A DNA stretch of 59,686 nt, counting the filler, from Basidioascus undulatus (lineage: Eukaryota), in the NCBI GenBank assembly GCA_000826855.1. It is 5 parts of 5 records of this genome, joined end to end, with 100 filler letters (N's around TTAATTAATTAA, not from the genome) between each part and the next. Parts side by side here need not be neighbours in the genome. Positions count along the whole stretch, not along the records: positions 7,860 to 15,617 come from JTLS01001498.1; positions 15,718 to 23,471 come from JTLS01001499.1; 3 more parts are not named here. One strand, written 5' to 3'. This document shows positions 10,556 through 23,086 of the stretch, in pieces. Both the position numbers and the translations under genes were made by a program. Within the stretch, counting starts at the first letter, position 1. The number at the start of each line of letters is the position of its first letter. The notes under the pieces were generated by a model. It made no database searches. It was not told where the DNA came from and was given only the letters and a program-made list of their open reading frames with translations.

Positions 10556-11551
10556 ATGGGTCCGATGACTGGACACGACGAAGCAGCGCTGGACGACCCT
10601 GGCTGCTCTGTGGGCCGTCGCTGGGCTCGGGGCGGTCGTACTTGGGAGCGTTTGGGTGGAGGAGCGCGGACATCGTCGAGTACGGGGCAGTGTGCTTCGT
10701 TATTGTTGTTTCAGGTACGTCTACCCTGATCCCCATGTATTGAACCTCTTGGCTGTGCTGAGTGCTGAATCTTTGGCGCACCTGTCACAGTCCTCCACGT
10801 TCCTCCAGCTCTCCCCGACGCTCGACAACTCCCTGATCCCCTCCTCCCATTCCTCGCCCTCGCACTCTGACTGGACAAAACCTACTGCGATTCCGACCTC
10901 CTGGGCTCTCTGACTATGACATTGCTCGCGGCGAACCCCGGCTTGCTCGTCCGGGTTCTCATCTGTTCGCTCCCGTGCGATGGCGCCGTGGTGCTTCCCT
11001 TGGGGTTCCCGGCTTTGCTTTTGGCCACGGGCTGGGTGAGATCTACTCCGACTTCAATTCCCCGCCATTTATGTTGGAGCTGAACCGTTTTCACGAACTG
11101 TACAGGTCCTCGCCCTCGCCGTGGTGGGCGTTCTAGTGGCTAGGGAAGTACACCCCCCGCGCCGCTTGAAGTCTGTTCCGGCACGCACATCCTCGGTACT
11201 CAGAGCAACACAATCACGGGCACGAAGAGCTACCCGTTCCTGAACTAGACCCTGGAAGCCGTCGTTCCTGCCCTCGTCATGCAGAACACCTCCGGGCTCG
11301 CCTTCCTCGCGTACTGCGTCGACTACTCCCTCTCGCGCCCTCGCGGCGTACACCGTCCAGTCTACCTCTGCACAACCCTTATCTCTGTGCTAGTCTCCAC
11401 GTCGGCGTCCCTCCTGGGTGTGAACTCCGTCGTGCCGCTTTCCGACGTCGAGCGCCGCATGGCAGCGAGGCTTGCCACGTACGTAGCGGTCATCGCGTCC
11501 TGGCCGGTCATCTTTGTGGCGCTACAGCTTGTCAGCTGGATGAGGAGCTAA
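10556..11551 (+). pseudogene. Possible degenerate membrane-protein gene
   Basis: Hydrophobic segments (LPLGFPALLLATGW, VLALAVVGVLV, TYVAVIASWPVIFVALQLVSW) separated by GT-AG-like introns, with an apparent in-frame stop near 10868. No family recognised. Confidence 0.3.
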
Positions 11552-14184
11552 GTTGGTGAGGCGCTGCTGTCTACCGGACTTGAGCTGGGGATCAACGAGC
11601 CCAAGGGGATAGATGAGAAGGGTGAGTGGGTAGGCACGACGAGCGCGGTGTAGATGGTGCACGGGCAGCGATGTTCTATTGCACTGCATGGACGATTCCC
11701 GCCCAAAAACGTGTAATAAAGGCGGTATGTGCGGACTTGGACCTTCATGCTGGCTGCAACATCTGAAGCTCTGGTTCAACGCCGTCGTGCACGGCGAGGC
11801 AGGGCCATGGACGGGCGGCTACAAAGCCTACTGCTGATACGAAGAGCTTAGAAAAAGAGGGTGCCTGCGGTGGTCGTCAATTCGTCCGTCTGGAAGGATC
11901 ATTGCGGCCTCAATCCACCTGCACGGTCCCGGGCATCTTTTGCATGGGTCATTTTCAGCTTTCGCAGGCTGCGCTGCAGAACCGCTCTTGGGGCTAACCT
12001 GCTCAGCAAAGAGTAGCAGGTCCGGGAATTTGGAAAAGATCTTTTCTCAACCCTGTGTGCGGAGATCTATACTATACATCTCGTCAGAGGTTGGTCCTGA
12101 ATGAGCGATCTAAACATGTTGGCAGTATACGCCTGTACGCGCCTAATTTTACCTTTTACGGCCCACCTAACGTCCAAAAATATAAAATTCATAGTTTAGG
12201 GGAATTCTTGAGCCTTCCAGCTTGATCAGGTCCGCGAAGAGGAGCAGCGTACGCAAGCGAGGAAGCTGGAAAGCCTTCAGGCAGCTACAGCCACCGTGAC
12301 CGGCCAATGTCGCTCCAGTTCTCTTCACTTCGCATTTCGAACATTCCCTTCCCCCTCCCAAAACTTTAGATGAGAAGCGGTCTGCGTCTATAGTTAGTGA
12401 AGTCTCGCACAATCAGTCACGGTGAGATCGATCCGGAAAGCAACCTGCTAGCTGCGGCCCAATGCGTCCGGGTCATATCACAGTGCAACTCCAATAAGAG
12501 GCTCGTGAGTGAAGGCTGCACACTGTGAAGACATTTTCTGAATTCCCAAAAGTTGGAGTCTTCCCATGAGGGACTGGGGCGTGCAAGGCTCCCTCGCATG
12601 CATGGCGAGACGCAGCGGTACAAAGGCTGACGATGTGCAGATTAAGCTATACGCTGGGGCTGTCTTGACGCATTGGCTTTTTAATGATGGAGGTTAATCA
12701 TGAAGAGATGCTACAAAGGGACAGCTGACGGGTTGGAGGGTGCGAGGTGTTTTGCACGCTAAGACGCACGTCGCAGTGGTAGGAAGTCTGCAAGCCCAAC
12801 CAGCAATAAATGTTGTCTTCTCCCAAATTAAATAAATGTTACCACTGTTTGAAGACTTTTTACGGGAAATAAAGTACAGATAGATGCAAAGAGTCCTGGA
12901 ATCGTCTTTCACGCTGGCAGATTGGGTGCATGGGTTTGTGAGCTCAACCATAACAGGGCTCCGCGTGAACACACGCACAACAGACGTGCCGAGAGGAAGG
13001 ATGTCCTTTGCGACTATTACTATTGCTTAGTATGATTATCAGAAACTCAGGAGTGCAGTGTACAGTCCTACGGCCACAGAGCGGCCGCAGTGTTAGAAAC
13101 AGCGGGCAGCACATTTGTCGCAGTGCTCACAGCTGTAAGAGCGCACAGCATCAATGTCCGTGCTAGAAGTTCTTCTTCCGTATGTAAGATCAGCAAACAG
13201 GATGAGACGTGGTAATAGTCGTGCCTGAACCTGGGATATCCTCTCGTAAGTTACAGATGGATGCCCTTGTACAAGTAGAGATGCTCGAACGGAGCAAATT
13301 CTCACCGTCCGGAAGACGTTCCCGCAACGAAATGCCCGTGTCCGGGGTGCAAAAAAGAGAAACGCGAAGGAGCGACGCAGCTGACTAAGCGAACGATCCC
13401 AAGCTTCCATCCATACTTTTCCTTTTATGCCCCAGAGTGTCCTGACGCCCACGATGGCGCTCAACTTTGGACCTGCACTAGCAGCTGCACCGCTGCCCCC
13501 CAAGAGACGCGCCGGCGCCTTCCTCACCGCCCCGCTCCCGACGCTTTGGGCACAGAATCCTGAGGAGCGCACAGTGGCGGACCAGTGCGAGGTAGCTGAG
13601 CGGTGATCGACGCAGGTGGACTTTGGCTCGAGGTGAGTCTGCGTGGCGCCTGCTGCTATGACGCTCAACTTTGGGAGTGGGGCATTGTTTGGGCGGGACT
13701 GGAGGGGGAGGGCTGCCTTCGGTGCTGTGACTATGGGCGGGCATGGGGGATCTGGAGATGGGAGATGGGATGCTGTGGCTGCATGGCGAAGACGGAGAGA
13801 TGGGAGCTCTGCGGAGCTGATGCACTGACTCCACCCAACCCGTAGACCGACCAGCTTAAACCTGAACGAGTAGAACCTCTACCGCGGGCGCTGCAGCCGC
13901 TGAACGATTGATACGCGCTTCTCCAGCGTGAGTGCCCGTCCCACGTTCTCGCAGGGAAGGTCAGAAGACGCAGGGGCAGGGCGGGCGCTCTCCCCTCGTT
14001 ACGATGTCGAACATCCGAGGCTGTGCTGGGGGAGAAGAGAGAGGGCAGGAGGTGCAGGATCCCAAGTTGCACTGTTAGCTGATGAAACGCTCCCTGCCAG
14101 TCCACAACCCATCTCCAATCGGCTGCCACCTCTCCTTAGGCCTCCTGCCCATGCGTCCCAACGGGCAATAACACTCCAGCCACG

Positions 14185-15617
14185 ATGGATCCGCACCACC
14201 CGCCGCACGACCTCCCCGACCTCTCGCACCTCCTCCCACCGCAGCCGGCGCTCCTCCACCCGGACTCGGCGCTCCACCCGCCGGACTCGTCCGCGGCGCA
14301 CCGGCCCATCACGCCAACCTCCTCCGTCGGCTCCGCGTCCCCTTCATTCAATTTCTTCGCGCACTCGCCCGCGCACTCGGATAACACGTCGCTGTACGAG
14401 CTCGACCCGTCCGAGTACCTCGGCCTCGGCGTCTCGCACCCCTCCACGCCCTCGCCTTCCCCGCGCCTCTCCATCTCCAGCCCGTCGCCCTCAGACCACC
14501 CCAGCCCGCTCCCGGGTGACGAGGGCGAGTGGTCGGGCATCCAGACTCGCGTGAAGCGCAGCGCTAGCGCCCCGGGCCACCCGCCCCAGTTCGGCGAGCA
14601 GGGTGCCGGGCACCAGCGCAGCGCGAGCTTTGGCGGGTCGGATGGGGGCGACAAGGGGAAGGAGAGGGAGAGCGAGGCGAGTGGGGAGAGCACGCCGGCG
14701 AAGAAACCGAAGCAGGGCGCGAGCTCGAGCTTCGTACCCAAGCTGTACCAGTGCGTGTCCTCCCCTCCCGGCTTTGCTGGACCCGCTCGCGTGCTGACCG
14801 ATGGCGACGATGTAGGATGGTCAACGATCCCACGTCCCAGACCTTGATAGCGTGGAACCTCGCCGGCACCTCGTATGCTGTCCATCGCCATCTGGAAATC
14901 GTTACCCACTCATCGCGTCCGTGCTGCACAGCTTCATCGTCGCCAACCTCGGCGAGTTCTCGCGCGAAGTCCTCCCCCGACACTTCAAGCACAACAACTT
15001 TTCCTCCTTTGTCCGCCAGCTGAATATGTACGGTGCGTGCCTGCCCTTCTTCTTACCATTCACCTTCCTTTGCTTTGTCTGACGTTCGCACTCAACAGGC
15101 TTCCACAAGTGCAACAAGACGCCGCGCGGGCAGAAGCAGCAGCCGGAGCACCAAGTGTGGGAGTTCTCGCACTCCAAGTTCCAGCGCAACCGGCCGGACC
15201 TGCTGGAGGAGATCAAGCGCAAAGCGATGGATTCCACCTCCGGCTCAGCGACGTCGCCCGGCGGGTCCGGCTCGAACCCCGCTGCGGACGTCGCGAGCTC
15301 GCTCGCGCTCCTCCAGGTCTCCCAGAACGAGCTGGGCCAGGGCGTGAGCGGCGTGCAGGAGGGATTGGGCGGGCTCGAGCGCGAGCTCGCGCAGACTAAG
15401 GAGGAGGTAAGGCTGCTTAGGGGTGTCGTGAAGCAGCTTTATGCGTTTTTGTGGGGCGTGCACGGGTCTTGTAAGTAGTTGCACCATTCCATTTTGCATC
15501 GTCGTGCTTATGAGGGGTTCCTCCACAGTACCTTTCGCGTACCCCACCGAACTGCTACCACAGCGGCATCCCCCCGCGCCTCCATCCCCGCAACAACACC
15601 CCGCCGATCACATCATC
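14185..15617 (+). CDS. HSF-type DNA-binding transcription factor, 3' part lost in the gap
   Basis: [14 protein letters not shown]...[46 protein letters not shown]...[22 protein letters not shown], followed by a coiled coil. Confidence 0.93.
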
Positions 15618-15717
15618 NNNNNNNNNNNNNNNNNNNNNNNNNNNNNNNNNNNNNNNNNNNNTTAATTAATTAANNNNNNNNNNNNNNNNNNNNNNNNNNN
15701 NNNNNNNNNNNNNNNNN
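15618..15717. other. Assembly gap with TTAATTAATTAA linker
   Basis: N run with the central linker. Confidence 0.97.
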
Positions 15718-15760
15718 CCCCTCCCCCTTCCCCCCCCCCCCCCCGGCCCTGCCCGCGCAG

Positions 15761-17095
15761 ATCGAGTCCGCTACCCTCGACTTCCCCCCGAATCCCTCCT
15801 CCACGCCGAACCTCGAGAAGCTCGTGAGCCTGACGAGCTACGATCGCAAGTGGATGGACGAGCTTGTAGGCGCCGTGTGCGAGAGCTGGGACGAGGAGGA
15901 CCCCAGAGCACAGGGTGGGATGCGGTGAGTCTTCTGGCGCTCGCGGTTGGGGAGATGGAGAAGGTTTGCGGGGAGGGTGCGGGTGGGTCGGTGTGCGGGC
16001 TGTGGAGAAGGCCATGGATGGGATGGGATGCGGAGGGGGGTTGGGAGTGGGATGGGAGGGGGATAGAAATGGAGATGGGAGAGGATGAGGGACTGGATGG
16101 GTTGGGGATCAGGTGGAAGGGGGATGAGGATCGCGATGGTGATGGCGATCACGATGGGATAGGGAATGGAAGCTGATTAGAGTGTGAGGGAGCAGGTTCA
16201 AGGGCAGCGACGACTATCTGCGGGCCAAGGTGCGTTGTACGCGCAGTCGAGGAAGGGGGGGAAGATGGAACTGATGAGGTGGTGTGGGGCGACAGTTCGA
16301 GGACTACATCTGTTCTGCGCTCTCGGCGATCAAGTATACCGACTACTTGAGGATTGTCGGCGGGAAGCGGAACGACGGTGCGACTTCGGGGATGAGTGCG
16401 TCCCCTCTCGCCACCTTCCTCTCTTGTCATCACACTCTGTTCCCCCTTCCCATCTCCTCCCCCTCCGTCCCTCCCCGTCTCCCTCTCTTCCCCGTCTACT
16501 TACCCGACCTTCTGTCTTCACCTCGCTCCACCGACGATGCCGACGCTGACGGTACTCGAGGTGTCCAGCAGACTTGGACAAGTCACCCACGACCGCCTTC
16601 GGCGAAGCGTGGATCGCCGCGCTGCGGAAAGCGCCGGCCATCGCAGATTGGGACAAGCGGACGGACTCGGCGCTGTTTGATCTGATCGAGCCTCGGTGCG
16701 TCGGCCTCCTCCCGTCTACTCCCCTTCGCCCACTCATCCTTCTTACCCTAACCCGCACTAATCCCGCCCCGACTCCCACTAGCCACCCTTGCCTCCTCAC
16801 CCCGACCCCCCTCTCAGACATCGGCATCCGCCTCTCCGAAGGGCTGCACGACCTGCATCTGGACGAGCAGCTGAGCGCGGCGCGCGAGTGGGGCGGCCGC
16901 GCGTGGGCCGAGGGGTCCAAGCGCGCGAGCGGCGTGGACGGGGACAAGATCCGCGCTGCTGTGGGAGGGTGGGGCGCGTACTTGGCGGGACGATTCGGGG
17001 GGAAGGAGGAGAAGGATGGGAAGATCGGGGAGGTGAGGGTCGGCGAGGGAGATGGGGGGTGGCATAATGAGAGGTGGAAGAGGGAGAAGAAGTGA
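15761..17095 (+). CDS. AVL9: Late secretory pathway protein AVL9, C-terminal exons (5' part in the gap)
   Basis: LSLT-like LTSYDRKWMDELV...WDEEDP, FKGSDDYLRAK|FEDYICSAL, WDKRTDSALFDLIEPR|HPC and SDIGIRLSEGLHDLHLDEQL match fungal Avl9 C-terminal motifs. Confidence 0.82.
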
Positions 17096-17950
17096 GGAGG
17101 GGAGGCGGTAGTGCATTTACGATTTGTTTTTGCATGTTTTGTTCGCTCGTTGCATTTGCTTTTGCGAGTGGGATGATGCGGAGCATGCTCATTTTGCATT
17201 GCATTGGTGCATCGTGCGTTGACGGGCGCGGACGTGTGCCGATTGCTCATGTCGGGAGCAGAGTGTCCGACTACGCGCACTTCGTTGTGCAGCGTGGTAG
17301 GGACATTGGCCTTTTATTCTCGCACGGGCGTCCTGGGCATGGGAGCCGGAGCGACGGCGATGGACTGCCAGACACACCTTCACGTCCACAATCACACTGT
17401 CTGCTGCATCGCCTCCTGACCGTAACCCTTCCCTGCCTTGGTTTTTTCATGTGGGTAACTTCTTTGTGGTTTGACTTGGTCTTCCGAGTGAACCGTTCGG
17501 GCACGGACGTGCGCGGCGTAGCCAGCGCCGCCCGCCCGAGCACAGCCTTGGAAATGCAAGAGCTGTTTGCAAAGGATGTTCAAACTAGTAGAGCCTGCAA
17601 GAATACAGTGCCGCCATAGCCTCATGGTGAATGATCACCCGGCGTGATCTGTCCGCGACTCTCCTGTCGGCCTGTTGTGTCAAGTCTGCACCGAATCCGT
17701 GCTTCCAGTCTTGCCGTTACCGACACCTTGATTGCTCGTTTTCGTAGGACTCTTGACCTGCAGAATATCCTGGGGTTTCCAGTAAAACGTTTTGAGAAGA
17801 CCAACGCGTAGGTGGCGCCCAGGAAGGCAGTCAGCCGGTAACACAGTACTCCAAAGTTGCATCCGAGGTTTGGAGCAGAGTAGCACGGATTGGATTATCG
17901 CAAAAACAGGGTGGGAGAATGCAGGGGCGTTGTGCATTGGCTCAACCAGT

Positions 17951-18917
17951 CTACAGCACGACCGCGAACACGAAGCCATCATACCCCTTGCTGCCCACTG
18001 TCTGCACCGCCGTCGCGTCTATCTTCCCCTGCCTCTCCAGTTCCTGCAGCGTATCATAGAGCCCCCTCATTCCCTGGACAAACTCGTCCTGGTCCGCAGC
18101 ATCTAACACCTTGCCCCCGTGCACGACATTGTCGACCACGATCACAGTGCCCTTGCGGGACAGCTGCAGCGCTCGCCGAAAGTACGCGCTATTGGAGAGC
18201 TTGTCGGCGTCGATGAAGAAGAAGTCAAATGGGCCCTCGAGCTGCTCGAGACTTTCCGAGGCGGGTCCCGTTATGACGGAGACTTTCGCGGGCAAGTTGG
18301 CGCGGGCGATGTTGACTCGGGCGACCTGGGCGAGCCAGAAGAATCGTTCAGCCGACTGTGAAAAGGGCGGAACATGGCGCAGGTACACACCTCCGCACGA
18401 TTCTCATCAATCTCGAGCGTGATGAGCTCTCCATCCGGCTGGAGAGCCATACTGAGCCTGCAATAAGGGAGAGGAGAAGGCAGGTTCAGCCTCCGCATTT
18501 CTTCACGCTCGTTTGACTATTCGGGGGTTGCGTACCATATGGTGCTATACCTGTCAATCAGCTGTGTTCAGAAAGTGTTTTCATTTGATGCAGCGAGATA
18601 AGCCTACTCACCCTCCAAGCGTCCCGACTTCACAGATGCGCTTCGCCCCGACTGCTTGCGCCTGGAGCTTCAGCAGCTTTCCTTGCGCCGGGCTGACTGC
18701 TATGGGCGGAAATCCTGCAGCAGTGCTCGACTCTAGTGCGGCTTCGAGAGCCGGATGAGAGTGAATGATCTTCGACTCGATATAAGCGGCGACATCCGTC
18801 CTGCGGGCCAAAGAGGGAGGTGGTTAGGCTCATTCGACATGCGATACCGATCACCCGAGAAGACAGTAGTGATATGCGATAGCCGCACCATGTAGGGTGA
18901 GTAACTTCTTCGATCAT
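17951..18917 (-). CDS. SAM-dependent O-methyltransferase, family 3 (CCoAOMT/COMT-like)
   Basis: Motifs PPIAVSPAQGKLL, EVGTLGG|YSTIW, ITLEID, FDFFFIDADK, IVVDNVV and QTVGSKGYDGF. Start MIEEVTHPTW at 18917. Confidence 0.92.
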
Positions 18918-19249
18918 GCTAGAAGAACGAGGTGTGGTGGTACTTGTCGAGGTGGTGCGGGGAGTCTCTTAAAGAGAGAGCAACAGGGCTTTGGCCAGAA
19001 AAAAAGTCGTTTCAAGTCATGCATTATGGGACATCGCAGCTTCCGCAGCAGGCGGGCCACGATAACCTTATGCCGCGGGGGATGAGTGCGACAAGGAATC
19101 AAAAAGAGCGTTGCCAAGTTTTCCCAGACTCATCCGAAGCTTCCGATGGACGCTCACTTGAAGAGGGCGAAATCCCCTCAGTGATGAAGCACTCAAGGCT
19201 ATGAAGGTCGCGACATTTTCGTTGTGCCCTTCCGTATCAAGCTCATCAT

Positions 19250-20305
19250 CATGGCTCCTCGAAGCAAAGCAATTCTTCGCAGGCAGAAATACACGTTACA
19301 TTACAATTATTCAAGTCGAACTCGCTTCGGGTGCAGAGTCCGGATCCTCCACCCAACGGCCCTCCTTCATCTTCCACACCTGCGAGACTTCGTCGAGGAG
19401 GATCTGAGACGGATGGCTGAGCATCTCTTACCAATTTATGGTCCCGGAAGACAGCTCACAGTCCTCGTCGTCCTCTCCACCTGCCTCGGCTCAACGACGA
19501 TTAGCCCAAAAGCCTCGTATCCTGCCGACACCATTCAGCTTCGGGTGCAGTGCAGTTCCAAAGCTCATCCGCGCACCTCTCACTTCAGCAACAACGACGT
19601 CCTCGGGCTCAAGGACTACCGAGTCCTCGGGCACTCCAAATGCCGCCTTGACATCGGGCGGGAGCGTGCCCCAGACGCGCTCGCGGAATTTCTCCCAGTC
19701 GAACCCGGGCCAGAGGTGGTCCGGCACGGCCTGCTCGTCCGGGGACGGTGGCGCGTCGACCACGTACGCCCCGCCCGAGATCTTGAACCGGTCGGACGTG
19801 GCGCACGACTGCAGGAGGTAGTGGCAGGGGGAGCCACGCCCTTTGTAGTACGCCCACCACGCTTCGACTTCGTACACTGTGGCATGGGGAGGTACGTGAG
19901 GGCTTGCGGTGCTGGTAAATGACGACAACACGTACCGGACGGTCCTAGGAGGTTGATTGGGATCCAGACCAAGTCGCTCTCCTTTTTCTCGTCTGCCACG
20001 AACCCGCCGTGCCGGTGGTACCTGGCCAGCGGTCCCTCAGTGTCGTCCGCCGTCGCAAGGACAGGATACGGCGCTGGCGTTGACCGAATCAGTTACACAC
20101 CCAAGGCCCTGAGCGTCCATGCGCACTGACTGTCGCCGTGATCCTTCCTGTTCCGCTCAAGCATCTCCTTCATGTTCTCCTTCCACTCCGGGTCCGGCTG
20201 CCTCGTCGCCATGAACCGCGGGAAGCTGAACGCCGTGCCGGCGCATGGCTGCCTGGCCGCGCAGGAGAGCGAGGGGATGACTCGGCTGGCAGGGAATCTG
20301 AGCAT
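19250..20305 (-). CDS. Hypothetical protein, possible mitochondrial presequence; 3' end uncertain
   Basis: MLRFPASRVIPSLSCAARQP (Arg/Ser-rich, lacking acidic residues), followed by GC-rich exon-like frames (EVEAWWAYYKG...WPGFDWEKFRERVW) bounded by splice-like sites. Confidence 0.4.
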
Positions 20306-21010
20306 GATGTAAAATATGTCACTTTGTGATTGACGGTGTAGGGCAAACAATGGGAGGAGGGTCAGGTAGGCGTTGCCGGGTCGCGCGGACGAATAAGGTG
20401 CAAAGGGCTAACGATGACAACTGCCTTCCCTCTGGCTCGGGTTGCCTGTTGGGTGCAGAGGACACCTTGAGTTATCAAGTGGAAGTGATACAAGTACTCT
20501 TGGAAACGCCCCACTTCTACAGTAGAGCAAGCGCCGACGTTCTGTCATTCTGTTGAAAGCCGCCCTGGACGACGAGACAAACAGTCCTTGCCTGACACAT
20601 GCAGTTGAAATACACCAGGTACAGCACTTCCAGATCGGAAAACAATACTTCAATCATATCAAGGACTTCAGAATAAGAAGTGCTGAATAGGCCAGGCAGC
20701 GCAGTCACGGTCAGCCTCGAAGGACGGACTGCGTCGAGTTGGTCTGAGCCAGAACTATGGCCCCCGTTGTTAAATTCTTGAATTGAAAAAATTAAATGAC
20801 AAAGTAGAAGGATGCTACAGACCCCGAACGGCAAGGCCGGTCATGTTACTTGCCGTGTACCCTGTGCGTTCCGAACCCGCCACAGCAGGGACTCCGCCAG
20901 GCACGCGTCCTTGCAGCCCCACAGCGGTGTTTCGCAGCTTCTCCTCAACTCTGACTTTCTTCTCGCCGCTCTCCGCTCCACCGCCGCCGACAAAAACACA
21001 GACTGCAGCG

Positions 21011-22699
21011 ATGTCGCGCCCGCCGTATTGGTCCCAGTCGCAGCGTGTCCAGCCGCACCCGCTCTCAATCGACCAGACCGGCCTCGAGCAGCAGCTGCTC
21101 TTCCTGCCGCGCGTGCCCATGCCGCTGCCGCACGGCGTGCACAGCGCGGCGCAGTTTTTGACGTCCCTCTTTTCACGATATGGCAATGTCGTACGTCTGC
21201 CAATTTCTAATCCAATACACGATCTCGTATACTCAAGCGCGGGGGGGGACATCGCGACAGGTGCACGTCCTCGCATCGAAAGAGCGCACTTGGGGACTCG
21301 TGCGCATGTCGACCGCCGACGAAGCGAACGAGTGTCTCCTCCGCCTCGCGAATGCGCCCATCCCGGGCGGGAGCGGGGCGCCGATGGACGTGCGCCGCGG
21401 GAACGCTTCAAAGTACGTCTACGAGTGCGAGCTGGCGTACGGCGTGTACCGGCCTGAGCGGGAGCGGGAGCGCGAGAGGGGCCGGGATTGGGAGCGCGAG
21501 TGGGAGGAGAGCAGAAGATTGAGGGAGCGCGAGAGGGAGAGGGAGCGCAGGTGCGACTGCGAGCGGCGGAGGAGCAGCTATGATCGCGAGGAGTCGTCGG
21601 GCTCGCACAGAAGGACATCGACGAGCACGTCCGGGACCGCAGTGCACGCAGAGGGAGATGCGCTGGCCCCGCCTGAGGCGCGCCTTGTCTGGATCACCGA
21701 GATCAATCCGGACACGCAGACGTCTGACCTCAGGTCATGGCTGCGTCGGCGGGTGGGTGACGTGTGAGTGTTCCCTCCTCCCCCCCCCCCTTCCCCTGCC
21801 CCATCCATCTCCTCCACTGTCTGCAGGCTTTCATTGATCTACTTACCTATCGCCCTATGCGCCCACCCCGCAGCGAGTCATGCCAGCTCTACTCCGCGCC
21901 TGACACGACGAGCCAGCTGTGGGCGACGGCGACGTTCGTGCGCGAGGCGGACGTCGGCGTCGCGCTGCGCCTGGATAGGGCGTACGAGTTCAACGGGCGC
22001 GTGCTGCGCATCTCAAGGGAACATCCGAGCCAGCGCGACCTGGTGCTTTCTTTTTCCGACGCCGCAGCGGCGCAGGCCGCGGAACCGGAGCCGATGCAGA
22101 CAAGTCCAGATCACGCGGCAACGCAAGTCAAGCAGAAGCTGCCGACGCAACAACCAGATACGATGGACCCTCTTGCGCTACTCACTTCGCTCGCACCTTC
22201 GCTAGTCCCACTCGCATCCGCATCTACCCCCGCCCCCACAACACCCGCCGCCGCCGCCGCCGCCGCCACCGCACCGCAGACCGTCCCCGAGCTTCAGACC
22301 GCGAACCGGATCCTGGAGGACGAGCGCAACCTTCTGGCCCTGCAAGTCAAGTCTCTGACCGCCGAGCTTGTGCGCTTGAAGGAGAAACACGCCACTGTCA
22401 CATCAAACGGGACGACGGCCACCGCAGCGGAGTTCGACAAGCTCAAGGCCGCGCTGCAGGAGGTGCAGGCGCGGGAGCACGAGCGCGAGTGCGCGCTGGA
22501 GGAGACGAAGCGCGAGCGGGACCATGCGGTCGGGCGGGCGGAGGCGCTGCAGAGCGTCGTTGCGCAGCTGGGGCTCGGCGGCGGAGTCGGAGGCGGGCAT
22601 GCGAGCCCGCCGGTCTCGCTGAGTCCTGGGAGGAGCGCTAAGCGTCAGAGGGAGGATGATGGCGCGGGTGGCGGTAGTGCAGGGGCGGATAAATGGTGA
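21011..22699 (+). CDS. Protein with two putative RRM domains, RE-dipeptide tract and C-terminal coiled coil
   Basis: LTSLFSRYGNV..VHVLASKERTWGLVRMSTADEA, then ERERERER, then LVWITEINPDTQTSDLRSWL..ATATFVREADVGVALRLDRAYEFNGRVLRISRE. Confidence 0.65.
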
Positions 22700-23086
22700 T
22701 GGAGCGCCGGCGCTGAGATGATTGTTGATCATCGTCCTCGTTGGCTCTTTGGCTCCCATCTCGTCGGCTTCAATCCGTTGGCTTCAACTCGAGCGAGGCC
22801 CGTCGATCGCCTCAGACTGGATCTATTGACCGCTCGACGCCCATTTCGACTCACACTCCGTCCTTAAGCTGACCATCCTCGATCGCACATCGGCTTCAAC
22901 TTCGCACCGGTGCGTGCCCGCTAGATTCCCGCGACCCTCGGGACTTCCGCACAACGCCTTTCACACAGCACTCGAAGCAGTACTGGTGCCCCTCTCATAA
23001 TTCAATCGTATCGCACAACTCTGCGATGCGCCCTTCGTCACGAAACCAACTCAAGCAACAGCTCAGAGTCCCTTCCTCGCTCGCGC

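Noticed and set aside
22245..22268. (GCC)n microsatellite
   Set aside because: Encodes an ordinary poly-Ala tract inside a CDS.
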